Part shown: positions 39,101 through 46,245 of the stretch, in pieces
How positions within the stretch are numbered: the first letter of the stretch is position 1
Layout of the letters: every line of letters begins with the position of its first letter
Assembly: GCA_003161635.1 (NCBI GenBank)
Contig: PMOA01000053.1
Coordinates: 137,402 to 201,401 of the forward strand
Origin: Limisphaerales bacterium
GTDB lineage: Bacteria; Verrucomicrobiota; Verrucomicrobiia; Limisphaerales; UBA11358
Length of the DNA: 64,000 nucleotides
Direction: 5' to 3'
Notes under the pieces: model-generated
Database searches by the model: none
What the model saw: only the letters and a program-made list of their open reading frames with translations
Told to the model about the DNA's origin: nothing
Made by a program: the position numbers and the translations under genes

Positions 39101-39496
39101 CACGCGGCTATGAATGCGCGGGCTGTCGGCCAGACCGATGAAGGTGGAGAGTTCGCGCCACGTCAGCGACGGGCGACCGGTGCGGAACTTGACCTGATAG
39201 GCATCGAACTGGCCGAGCAAGGTTTGCAACACGCCATCCACGCCCTGATCCTGCTGCGTGAGGCCGAGACTTTTCAGGATGTCGAGCGGCACCGAATCAT
39301 GCGGCCACACGTGCGCGGCATCATGTTTGCGTTGTGTGGCGAGATAGGCTTCGGCAAAAACTTCAAAGGCATCGCCCCGCGTTTTCTCATCGGGCAGTGT
39401 AGCGATTTTCTGTTCCAACTCTGCAAAGCTCGTGAGGCCAGAGAAAAAACGTCCCCGGGCTAAAAAGTTCGCTTTTGGATGCCGAGCCGTTGCCAC
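36200..39496 (-). CDS. Mrr-like PD-(D/E)XK nuclease domain plus SF2 (ResIII/DEAD-like) helicase plus about seven helicase-associated (HA) domain repeats
   Basis: N-terminus has GDAFEVFAEAYL...DQGVDGV...AYQVKF. Helicase motifs are MACGTGKT, VFDEAHKTAG, LTATPR and VQATGRAMR. The C-terminal half has repeated W...Y..L..Y....GH..VP......LG.WV..QR...K.G.L......L...GF.W modules. Confidence 0.85.
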   Translation of the reverse strand: MATARHPKANFLARGRFFSGLTSFAELEQKIATLPDEKTRGDAFEVFAEAYLATQRKHDAAHVWPHDSVPLDILKSLGLTQQDQGVDGVLQTLLGQFDAYQVKFRTGRPSLTWRELSTFIGLADSPRIHSRVLLTNCDELPAVLNDRQGFFCIRGADLDRMETDDFRAIEAWLADAAYIAPKKTPKDHQTEALDALLPALQTHNRVSAIMACGTGKTLVALWVMERLQAKRVLVLLPSLALLRQTLHVWLRETSLPSLAYLCVCSDGSVKEGLDMLKTEQSDLDFEVTTDAASVRSFLDAPFAGVKLIFSTYQSARRVVGEALKPGECFDFAVFDEAHKTAGREGRNFAFALDDKNLSIRKRLFLTATPRHYNPSQRNKEGDAKLVFSMDKTDVYGPQSFRLPFAEAARRKIICRYKVIISHITTEMVTNELLKRGEVLIGGDPVHARQVANQIALCDAVEKFGVKKIFTFHSSISSAASFVADGNEGVRVHLPDFQTFHVNGNMPTAKREHVMRDFRDAPRAVMSNARCLTEGVDVPAVDMVAFLSPRRSRVDIVQATGRAMRIAPNKNCGYVIVPLYVEQAAGETIEQAVARAEYDDVWDVLQSLQEQDEMLAEIIRDMRLQRGRKRGYDDTRFRERVEILGPEILLDNLRRSISATCVNVLGESWHERYGQLVSYYEKYGNSNVPRTYKESRTLAGWVIRQRVLYKRKVLDEEKINSLNQIGFIWNPVDAIWNENYLELIKYYHRFGHCRVTQDWKENKTLGKWVSTQRVYYNRGWLPEERMALLEKLNFGWVGGKVRWEMRFAEMKAFKERFGHTRVPVRQGKNHLLGLWGSSQRYKKRRGELNKEHEKLLNSIGFEWGDILGDEHAKSLDRKIEAILQFKSAHGHFVIPRHGKFTSLAVWMSDQRARFKQGTINAKLKARLDAIEFPWVSETTPGRSGLWKSYYNQHWQKMFEQLKKYMALHANPNIIVTDDATAQLKAWVKSQKDTRRCKRLSQEKIDALDRVGFLWPKPRKTIAVRFQWQTMFEQFKEYMALHANPNFIVTDDATAQLKAWVKSQKYSRGRKRLSQEKIDALDRAGFVWAKPRKNVSVPIS
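36226..36643. repeat. in-frame tandem duplication, period 219 bp (73 aa), of the last HA-like module
   Basis: 36226-36424 and 36445-36643 align almost base for base. The protein reads MFEQLKKYMALHANPNIIVTDDATAQLKAWVKSQK... then MFEQFKEYMALHANPNFIVTDDATAQLKAWVKSQK... Confidence 0.9.
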
Positions 39497-39762
39497 GCAG
39501 AAAGATTATCAATGCAGCCCAGTGAAGAAAAGCCTCAGTAAACCATTGCCATGTTGTTGGAAACATGGACGTGGAGCGTGCGCCAGCCGTTTTGCGACGA
39601 GAGCGGCGTTGGGTTCGGAGCGCGTCGTTTAGCGGAGAATTCAACGCCGCTTTGGTCGCACCATTCAATTCCCCAGAGTGACGAAACTTGGCTGCCGGAA
39701 TGGAGCGGCGCGGATTGTTTTCGTCAATATTAAATCTAAATTCCCCGGCATGAACACCATAT

Positions 39763-40083
39763 CTACCTACCAACCGTGGATCTTCGTGCCATCGCATTTT
39801 GCACAGTTTCCAGCATAAAGCGCACACTCCTCCCATTTAACCTGATGTAGGGCAAATCCCCATTATTCATGAGAGTGCTCACCGTTCTGAGCGACAATTT
39901 TAGATAAGCAGCCACATCCTTTTTCGTCATCAAATTGTCAATGGGCCTTTGGATATATTGGGTTTTGGGGACGGTTGCTGCTGGCATCTGTTCACGCACT
40001 TTGGCTGTGGTTGTTTTGACGAGGATATTGGCCAAGTTTGCGATGGCTTTTGTCAGACGTTGGATTTCGACGTTTTCATTCAT
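39763..40083 (-). CDS. HTH (excisionase/MerR-like) DNA-binding protein
   Basis: C-terminal LMTKKDVAAYLKLSLRTVSTLMNNGDLPYIRLNGRSVRF is an HTH_17-type motif. Confidence 0.55.
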   Translation of the reverse strand: MNENVEIQRLTKAIANLANILVKTTTAKVREQMPAATVPKTQYIQRPIDNLMTKKDVAAYLKLSLRTVSTLMNNGDLPYIRLNGRSVRFMLETVQNAMARRSTVGR

Positions 40084-40137
40084 GTGCGGAGGATAAGCAG
40101 TACGCCAATTGCTCGACGATCTGCAAAAAGCACTAAT

Positions 40138-40380
40138 TCACAATTTGCGTATCGGTATTTTTGGCTCCACTGCAAATTCACCAGATTCGGCTCTGCGCAT
40201 GAATTGGGTCAGCCCCTCTTCTGTGATGTACTGCCTGCCAGCGATGTTGATCGTCGTGAGCCAGCCCCTACGCCGCCAGCGCCATGCAGTCGTTTCGGAA
40301 ATACCAGCGTCACGGCAGAATTTGTGCAGACTGATTATGGGGCTGCCCTCTGGTTTGATGGTGGTGGATGTGGTGTTCAT
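40138..40380 (-). CDS. HTH (AlpA/excisionase-like) DNA-binding protein
   Basis: SLHKFCRDAGISETTAWRWRRRGWLTTINIAGRQYITEEGLTQF. Confidence 0.55.
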   Translation of the reverse strand: MNTTSTTIKPEGSPIISLHKFCRDAGISETTAWRWRRRGWLTTINIAGRQYITEEGLTQFMRRAESGEFAVEPKIPIRKL

Positions 40381-40480
40381 GGAAAAAGATTAAGGGAAGA
40401 GAGCATTTTGAAAAGCCGGACGTACATATCCTGACCGGAAATATCTTAACGCTTTTGCTGTTCTTGATTATACTGGCTGC

Positions 40481-41740
40481 ATGAAATCAATTTTGCTCGC
40501 CCTTTTTTTAGCCGTCTGTTCCCTGTTGCTCCCCAATTATGCCGAGGCGTGGAGCGGTCCGGGTCATCTCGCCATCGCTGCCGAAGCGTACCGGGAACTT
40601 TCGCCGGAATTGAAAGCCGAGGTGTTTGACGTGTTGAAAGCGCATCCTGACTATGCGAAATGGGAAAAAGCTTATCATCCCAATCCGAATCTGGATTTGG
40701 CGGCATACGTGTTTATGAAAAGCAGCACCTGGCCCGATGAAATCAGGAGAAGTGGCAGCACATATGACCATCCGAACTGGCACTTCATCGATTATCCGTT
40801 AGTGCCCCCGACCTTTCCCCTCGAACCCGGCCCAAAGCCAATGGATGACGTGCTGTTTGGTGTGATGCAGTGTGAAAAGACATTGAGCGACACCAATGCC
40901 AGTCCTGAATTGAGGGCGGTATATTTGTCCTGGCTGGTGCATTTGGTTGGCGATGTACATCAGCCATTGCACTGCGCTTCACTATTCACGGACACTTACC
41001 CAAAAGGAGATAAAGGGGGCAACGATTTTTATGTGAAGCCGGCCCAATCAGGAGTTCGTTTACATGGTATTTGGGATGGTTTGTTAGGGTCGTCTCCCAA
41101 TCCCCGAACTCAATGGAATTACGCCATCCAGATCGAGGCAAAATATTCCAGAACCGCATTGCCAGAACTGATCAAGCACCAATCACCTAAAGATTGGAGT
41201 TTGGAGAGCCGTGAACTGGCTATTGAAAAGGGGTATTTGAGCGGACAATTACAGGGCAGCACCAATTCTGATACGGCCCCAAGTCTGCCTCCTGATTACA
41301 CGAAGCAGGCTAAACAAGTGGCAGAAAAACAGGGAGCTTTGGCCGGTTATCGTTTAGCAGATGAGATCCAGAAATATTTGAAGTGTGGTGGCCCTGTTCC
41401 TCCGCTGCCTAAAAACACCAACAATGTGGTTCAACGAATTCTTCCTGAGAAAATCGGGACTTTGGAGGCCAGCAAATATTACGATGAAACGATGGTGGTG
41501 ACGGGAAAAGTTGTGCAGGTAACGGTCAGGCCCAACGTAGCTATTCTAAACCTCGACCAGCCATCACCCGACTCGCCGTTTACCGCCGTGATTTTTCAAG
41601 AAAACGTGAGCCAGTTCGGGGATTTGCAGAAACTCAAGAATCAGGCGGTGGAGATCAACGGCACCATCACCGAATATCACGACAAGCCGGAAATTGTTTT
41701 GGAATCGCCTAATCAGATTAAGGTGGTCGGCAGCAAATGA
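40481..41740 (+). CDS. secreted S1/P1-family nuclease with C-terminal OB-like domain (copy B)
   Basis: 419 aa, collinear with copy A without gaps. I counted about 46 differences in 419 residues. The 37 nt upstream are also alignable. Confidence 0.85.
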   Translation: MKSILLALFLAVCSLLLPNYAEAWSGPGHLAIAAEAYRELSPELKAEVFDVLKAHPDYAKWEKAYHPNPNLDLAAYVFMKSSTWPDEIRRSGSTYDHPNWHFIDYPLVPPTFPLEPGPKPMDDVLFGVMQCEKTLSDTNASPELRAVYLSWLVHLVGDVHQPLHCASLFTDTYPKGDKGGNDFYVKPAQSGVRLHGIWDGLLGSSPNPRTQWNYAIQIEAKYSRTALPELIKHQSPKDWSLESRELAIEKGYLSGQLQGSTNSDTAPSLPPDYTKQAKQVAEKQGALAGYRLADEIQKYLKCGGPVPPLPKNTNNVVQRILPEKIGTLEASKYYDETMVVTGKVVQVTVRPNVAILNLDQPSPDSPFTAVIFQENVSQFGDLQKLKNQAVEINGTITEYHDKPEIVLESPNQIKVVGSK

Positions 41741-42195
41741 ACACATCTTCCAAAACTGCGCCCACAACGACTCCCAATCCAATCTTCAAATTTGACGTTG
41801 CAGCGACCGCTGATGTGGTGGATGGCAACGGGCATGTAAACAACGTTGTTTATATTCAATGGATGCAGGATGCGGCCATCCGCCATGCTCAAACAACCGG
41901 TTGTTCTCAAGCGTCATTGGCTCTGGGCACAACGTGGGTGGTGCGAACCCACCAAGTCGAATATTTTAGCCCGGCGTTTGCAGGCGACAAAATCACCGTT
42001 CTGACCTGGGTCTCCAACCTCCGCAAGGTGCGCTCGCTGCGCAAATATAAATTCCTCCGGGTTGCTGACCAAACCCTTCTGGCGCGAGCAGAAACCGATT
42101 GGGTACTTGTTAACGCAAAGACCGGTCGGCCTCAGTCAATTCCTGACGACATCAAAAGCACGTTGCCCGTTGTCCGCACAGAAATGGAACCGTAG
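41737..42195 (+). CDS. acyl-CoA thioesterase, 4HBT/YbgC-like hotdog fold
   Basis: DGNGHVNNVVYIQWMQDAA...VRTHQVEYFSPAFAGDKITVLTWV. ATGA overlap with the nuclease stop. Confidence 0.7.
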   Translation: MNTSSKTAPTTTPNPIFKFDVAATADVVDGNGHVNNVVYIQWMQDAAIRHAQTTGCSQASLALGTTWVVRTHQVEYFSPAFAGDKITVLTWVSNLRKVRSLRKYKFLRVADQTLLARAETDWVLVNAKTGRPQSIPDDIKSTLPVVRTEMEP

Positions 42196-42540
42196 AACCT
42201 CAAACGATCAAATTTTTGGATCGTTGGGCGTGACGGTTTGTTGCTGGCTCTGTCAAAGATAAAACCAACCAAGAGCAGCAAAAACAATTCAAATATGTGC
42301 AACGCACCACAGGACTCCAAGGACTGAAGGTGCGGGCTCTTGATCCACTTTGGTTTCGCCGGCAATCTTGGCCACCAGAAATTTCGGAATGAAGTTGCAA
42401 ATCTGCCGCAGAAGATTCAGTTTTGATGGTGCTGGAACGGTTGGTTTAACATTCACCCTGCCGTGTGGCAGGTCTAAACAAATTGTTCCAGCACTTTTTC
42501 AAAAATCCTGTGGGATGCGTGTGAAATCGTTCCTATTACA

Positions 42541-43062
42541 GTGATTGAATTGAGACCCTCGAAAATGCAGGAATTGGAATTTCAAGATCAACGCCATTTG
42601 GAAGCTGCTGAGGGCTGGCTTGGACTGGGCAATCAGGTCGAAGCGTTTGAGGAATTGGAACAGATCACGCCTCAACTTCGTGTTCATCCAGACGTGCTCG
42701 AAATCCGTTGGCAGATTTACGCTAAGGAAAAGAAATGGGAAGCCTGTGTACATATTGCGCGAGCCATTACCAAACTTGCTCCATCACTTTCTCATGGCTG
42801 GATTCATTTAGCGTTCAGCCTGCACGAGTTGAAACGGACGAAGGAAGCAAAGGCGGTGTTGTTGCCGGTCGTGGATAAATTTCCCAAAGAATACCTCATC
42901 CGGTACAATCTCGCCTGTTATTGTTGCCAGTTAGGAAACTTAAAAGAATCAAAGGCTTGGTTCGAAAAGACGTTTGAACTGGCCAATAAAAACGAGGTGA
43001 AACTGATGGCCTTGAACGATAGGGACCTGGAGCCATTGTGGAGGGAGATTGGAGAGATTTGA
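42541..43062 (+). CDS. TPR-like helical repeat protein (paralogue of 17934..18458)
   Basis: See 17934..18458. Confidence 0.6.
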   Translation: MIELRPSKMQELEFQDQRHLEAAEGWLGLGNQVEAFEELEQITPQLRVHPDVLEIRWQIYAKEKKWEACVHIARAITKLAPSLSHGWIHLAFSLHELKRTKEAKAVLLPVVDKFPKEYLIRYNLACYCCQLGNLKESKAWFEKTFELANKNEVKLMALNDRDLEPLWREIGEI

Positions 43063-43064
43063 TT

Positions 43065-43964
43065 TTAGACAGATGGTCTGAATGCTCCTTTTAAGAATGG
43101 GATGAATTGTTTCACGAGTGGTGAACCTGCCTTCTTTTTGAGACAAATCGCCGCCAGTAGTTGATAAAATTTTCCATCTTCAATTGTAAGGGCAACAAGT
43201 TTTCGATTGGCCACTTCCTGTTGAACAGTCACTTCCGGCACAATGGCAACACCCGCTCCGAGTTCCACGGCCCGCTTGACCGGCTCTATTTCATTGAATT
43301 CTCTGACATACTTCTTTCTTAGCCGGTAACGCTGCAAGAGTTCTTCCAATACTTTGTAACCTAGCAAACCACGCTCGAAACTTATGAAGGTTTCCCCCCT
43401 AAATGCTCTCAGCTTGATCTTTTTCTGTTTAGCGAATCGATGCTGCGGATGGCAGATGAGTACCAGCGGCTCTTTGTGCAGAGGAATAATTTGAATCCTC
43501 TTGTTTTTGAGCGGACGTGCAACCAATCCCAGGTCTGCTGTGCCATTGAGCACGTCTTCATAAACCTGATCTGCATGAGTATATTCGACCAGGGTGCTTA
43601 CTTGTGGGTGTTCCTTTTGGAATCGTTGCAGGTAGGGCGGCAAACTGTACAAACCGATGTAGGGGATGGTGGTTATGTGGATGGTGTTGGAAACGGGATG
43701 CGGAATTGCTTCGAACTGACTCTTGAATTTGGTGTAGGTCCGAACAATTTTCCGAGCATTGTCGCGGAGGATTTTCCCTTTCTGCGTCAATCGGAAGACG
43801 CGTGTGTTTCGTTCAACGAATCGTTCATTGAAGTGGTGCTCCATGGATTGAAGTTCGTTGGTGACGGCTGCTTGAGAAATTCCGTTTTTTTGTGCCGTCA
43901 GGGTGAAGCTTTTTGTTTCAACCAAATCCAAGAAAACTTTTAGATGTCCTATCAACACAGCCAT
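43065..43964 (-). CDS. LysR-family transcriptional regulator
   Basis: N-terminal HTH LKVFLDLVETKSFTLTAQKNGISQAAVTNELQSME plus a LysR substrate-binding domain. Internal ATG at 43964 preferred over the track start at 44018. Confidence 0.85.
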   Translation of the reverse strand: MAVLIGHLKVFLDLVETKSFTLTAQKNGISQAAVTNELQSMEHHFNERFVERNTRVFRLTQKGKILRDNARKIVRTYTKFKSQFEAIPHPVSNTIHITTIPYIGLYSLPPYLQRFQKEHPQVSTLVEYTHADQVYEDVLNGTADLGLVARPLKNKRIQIIPLHKEPLVLICHPQHRFAKQKKIKLRAFRGETFISFERGLLGYKVLEELLQRYRLRKKYVREFNEIEPVKRAVELGAGVAIVPEVTVQQEVANRKLVALTIEDGKFYQLLAAICLKKKAGSPLVKQFIPFLKGAFRPSV

Positions 43965-44201
43965 TAGAAAACCATGAAGGACAAAACCAGTCAATGGGGT
44001 TGCGAGCAACCAAATCATTCATTTAAGTTGAAGACCGTGCCAACCGAATTGCGAAACTCTGGCAGAGATGCTGGAATTGTTCGAGGACGTTGCATGGGAG
44101 CCCAACTCTCCGTGACTGGGGGGAAATCCCAGCAACGCCGCCACCGACTGTTCAACCTCAATAGTTCCTGACGTAAAAAAGATGCATTCAGAAACAAATT
44201 C

Positions 44202-44738
44202 ATGGAAGATCGGGTTATGCGAGATTTGCGGCGTATAATTCTTGTCGTCTTTCTGTCAATCTGCTGTTTCATTGGCTTTGGTTTTCTGCCAAACGGTGAG
44301 CTAATTTATTTAGTCCTTCTTGGTGCGGTTCTGATAATTTCCCTTGCAGCCGGTACCCGTCATCTTTCAATACCTGCCCGCACTTTCATCACTACACAAA
44401 TTTTCTGCTGGAATTTTATGCTGTGTTTGCTAGGCCGTACAGTTGAGCCAGGCATTACAAGGGGCAATACATACATGGTGCTGCTGTATTTCGGGACGTA
44501 TGGATTTGTTCCTGGACTGTGTTTGTTACGATTGTGGAATTGGAAACTCGGGGCGATTTTCCTCAGTTCACTTTTGCCAGTTGGATTTGCGCTGGCTTTG
44601 GTCGTGGCTGGAATCGAGGAGCAGGTGTTTATAATCAAATATCGTGATACTGGGATTGGGCCTACACCGCGCTGGACAGTTGGTATGCATTGGCTGGCTT
44701 ATGACTGGGACACTGGACTGCTCTACGGGTCAGACTGA
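44202..44738 (+). CDS. integral membrane protein, unknown function
   Basis: 178 aa with 5 hydrophobic segments. Confidence 0.45.
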   Translation: MEDRVMRDLRRIILVVFLSICCFIGFGFLPNGELIYLVLLGAVLIISLAAGTRHLSIPARTFITTQIFCWNFMLCLLGRTVEPGITRGNTYMVLLYFGTYGFVPGLCLLRLWNWKLGAIFLSSLLPVGFALALVVAGIEEQVFIIKYRDTGIGPTPRWTVGMHWLAYDWDTGLLYGSD

Positions 44739-44751
44739 ACACGATGAATTC

Positions 44752-45096
44752 ATGAACTTGAAGACCTACAACGTCGAAGCCAGTTTCCCGTCTCTGGACG
44801 AAGCCCGCCGCCTAGTCCTTGAGGAAATCAGGAAATCCAAACGTGAAGGCGTGCGTGTTCTGAAAATAATCCACGGCTACGGATCCTCTGGCAAGGGCGG
44901 CACATTGAATCATGGCCTGAGAAAATCTTTCGCGCTCCGCAAGGAGGAGGGCGTGATCAAGGACTTCATCCCTGGCGAGAACTTCACCATCTTCAATCCC
45001 GTCGTGCTGGAACTTCTTGAAGCGGTGCCTGATCTGCGAGCTGATTCGGATCTGGCCGCAACAAACGAGGGCGTGACCGTGCTCTGGCTAAAATAG
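44752..45096 (+). CDS. Smr-domain protein
   Basis: SLDEARRLVLEEIRKSKREGVRVLKIIHGYGSSGKGGTLNHGLRKSF is a Smr-like core. ATG at 44752 lies inside track ORF 44644..45096. Confidence 0.65.
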   Translation: MNLKTYNVEASFPSLDEARRLVLEEIRKSKREGVRVLKIIHGYGSSGKGGTLNHGLRKSFALRKEEGVIKDFIPGENFTIFNPVVLELLEAVPDLRADSDLAATNEGVTVLWLK

Positions 45097-45132
45097 AGTT
45101 CTTTCAAGCGGTCGAAGCACAACAAAAATGTC

Positions 45133-45149
45133 TTCAATCGCCCCACCAT
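45133..45149. repeat. 17-nt direct repeat TTCAATCGCCCCACCAT, copy 1
   Basis: Exact second copy at 45617..45633. The two flank the HU gene. Confidence 0.85.
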
Positions 45150-45272
45150 CACCGACCGAAAGACGCACATTCCTCAATAAAAGACGCGATTTTATCTTGG
45201 CAAGTGATCCCTGACCCACTTTAATGCGCCGTCAACATCAACCATTAACAATCAAAACAAACTGACCGAATT

Positions 45273-45560
45273 ATGGCAAAAGCACTGAGCAAATCTGAAA
45301 TTGCAACTGAGCTCGCAACCAAGAACAACATCACCAAGAAAGCGGCGGTGGAGATTCTTGAACATCTCGCTGAACTGGCTTACAAAAACGCCAAAAACAC
45401 TTTTACGCTGCCTGGTCTCGGCAAGTTGGTGCTGGTCGATCGCAAGGCTCGCATCGGACGCAACCCGGCCACTGGTGAAACGATCCAGATCAAAGCCAAG
45501 CGTGTCGTGAAATTCCGTGTAGCCAAAGCTGCCAAGGACGCGATTCTCGGAGCGAAGTAA
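45273..45560 (+). CDS. hup: HU-family DNA-binding protein
   Basis: 95 aa. F.LPGLGKL....KARIGRNPATGE.I.I.A..VVKFR is the HU/IHF arm signature. Confidence 0.9.
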   Translation: MAKALSKSEIATELATKNNITKKAAVEILEHLAELAYKNAKNTFTLPGLGKLVLVDRKARIGRNPATGETIQIKAKRVVKFRVAKAAKDAILGAK

Positions 45561-45581
45561 AAAAACCGGCTCACATTGTCC

Positions 45582-45618
45582 AAGGCACTCTGTTTAGTCA
45601 GGGTGCCTTTTGGTTTTT
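45582..45618 (+). terminator. intrinsic terminator after hup
   Basis: AAGGCACTCTG-tttagt-CAGGGTGCCTT followed by TTGGTTTTT. Confidence 0.6.
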
Positions 45619-45633
45619 CAATCGCCCCACCAT
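45617..45633. repeat. 17-nt direct repeat TTCAATCGCCCCACCAT, copy 2
   Basis: See 45133..45149. Confidence 0.85.
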
Positions 45634-45704
45634 TGCTTTTCAAACAGATCCCGGTCCATTTGCGCCGGCTCAACACAACGGGGATTACTTTCCTCAATAT
45701 CAAA

Positions 45705-46031
45705 ATGATCACCCCATCCCAAATCACCCTCAACCTCAATATCACTGGCCAACTCACGATTGATCCAAAAAATCTGGAGCAATTGATTTCTGGTCTGCAA
45801 ATCCAAGCGCCAGCGCAAAATTCATCATCAGTGCAATTTGGCAACGGCCATGAGCCGAGAATCTACAGCCGCGAAGAAACGGCGAAAATGTTGGGTAACA
45901 AGACGCCGCGCTACGTTGACCTACTTTGCAGGCGCGGCCTACTCCAAAAATTCACCCCGAAGGGGAATTGCCGAGCCATCGGCGTTCATTCCGAGTCTCT
46001 TATGGCTTTTATCGCGCAGCAACGGTGCTGA
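45705..46031 (+). CDS. HTH-domain protein (excisionase-like)
   Basis: C-terminal IYSREETAKMLGNKTPRYVDLLCRRGLLQKF. ATG at 45705 lies inside track ORF 45576..46031. Confidence 0.45.
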   Translation: MITPSQITLNLNITGQLTIDPKNLEQLISGLQIQAPAQNSSSVQFGNGHEPRIYSREETAKMLGNKTPRYVDLLCRRGLLQKFTPKGNCRAIGVHSESLMAFIAQQRC

Positions 46032-46245
46032 CAAGCTGCGCTACTCGAAACACGCCGAAGTCACCGTGCCGTCGCTGGATGATTGGGAAAAGGAATGGGG
46101 GAAAATCCACAACGCAGCGTGCAACCCAAATTGCTGCCGGTGGATTTCCGGTCGCCATTGGCAGCCATCGGGCAATCGAATTAACAATCCAACTCATCGG
46201 GCATTGCACGTCCTCAAACTGTTGGGCAACCCCAATAAAAACCCA

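Noticed and set aside
42196-42540. Degraded SLOG gene upstream of the second TPR paralogue
   Set aside because: The translations of the small ORFs listed in the ORF track for this spacer show no similarity to the 17476..17949 protein.
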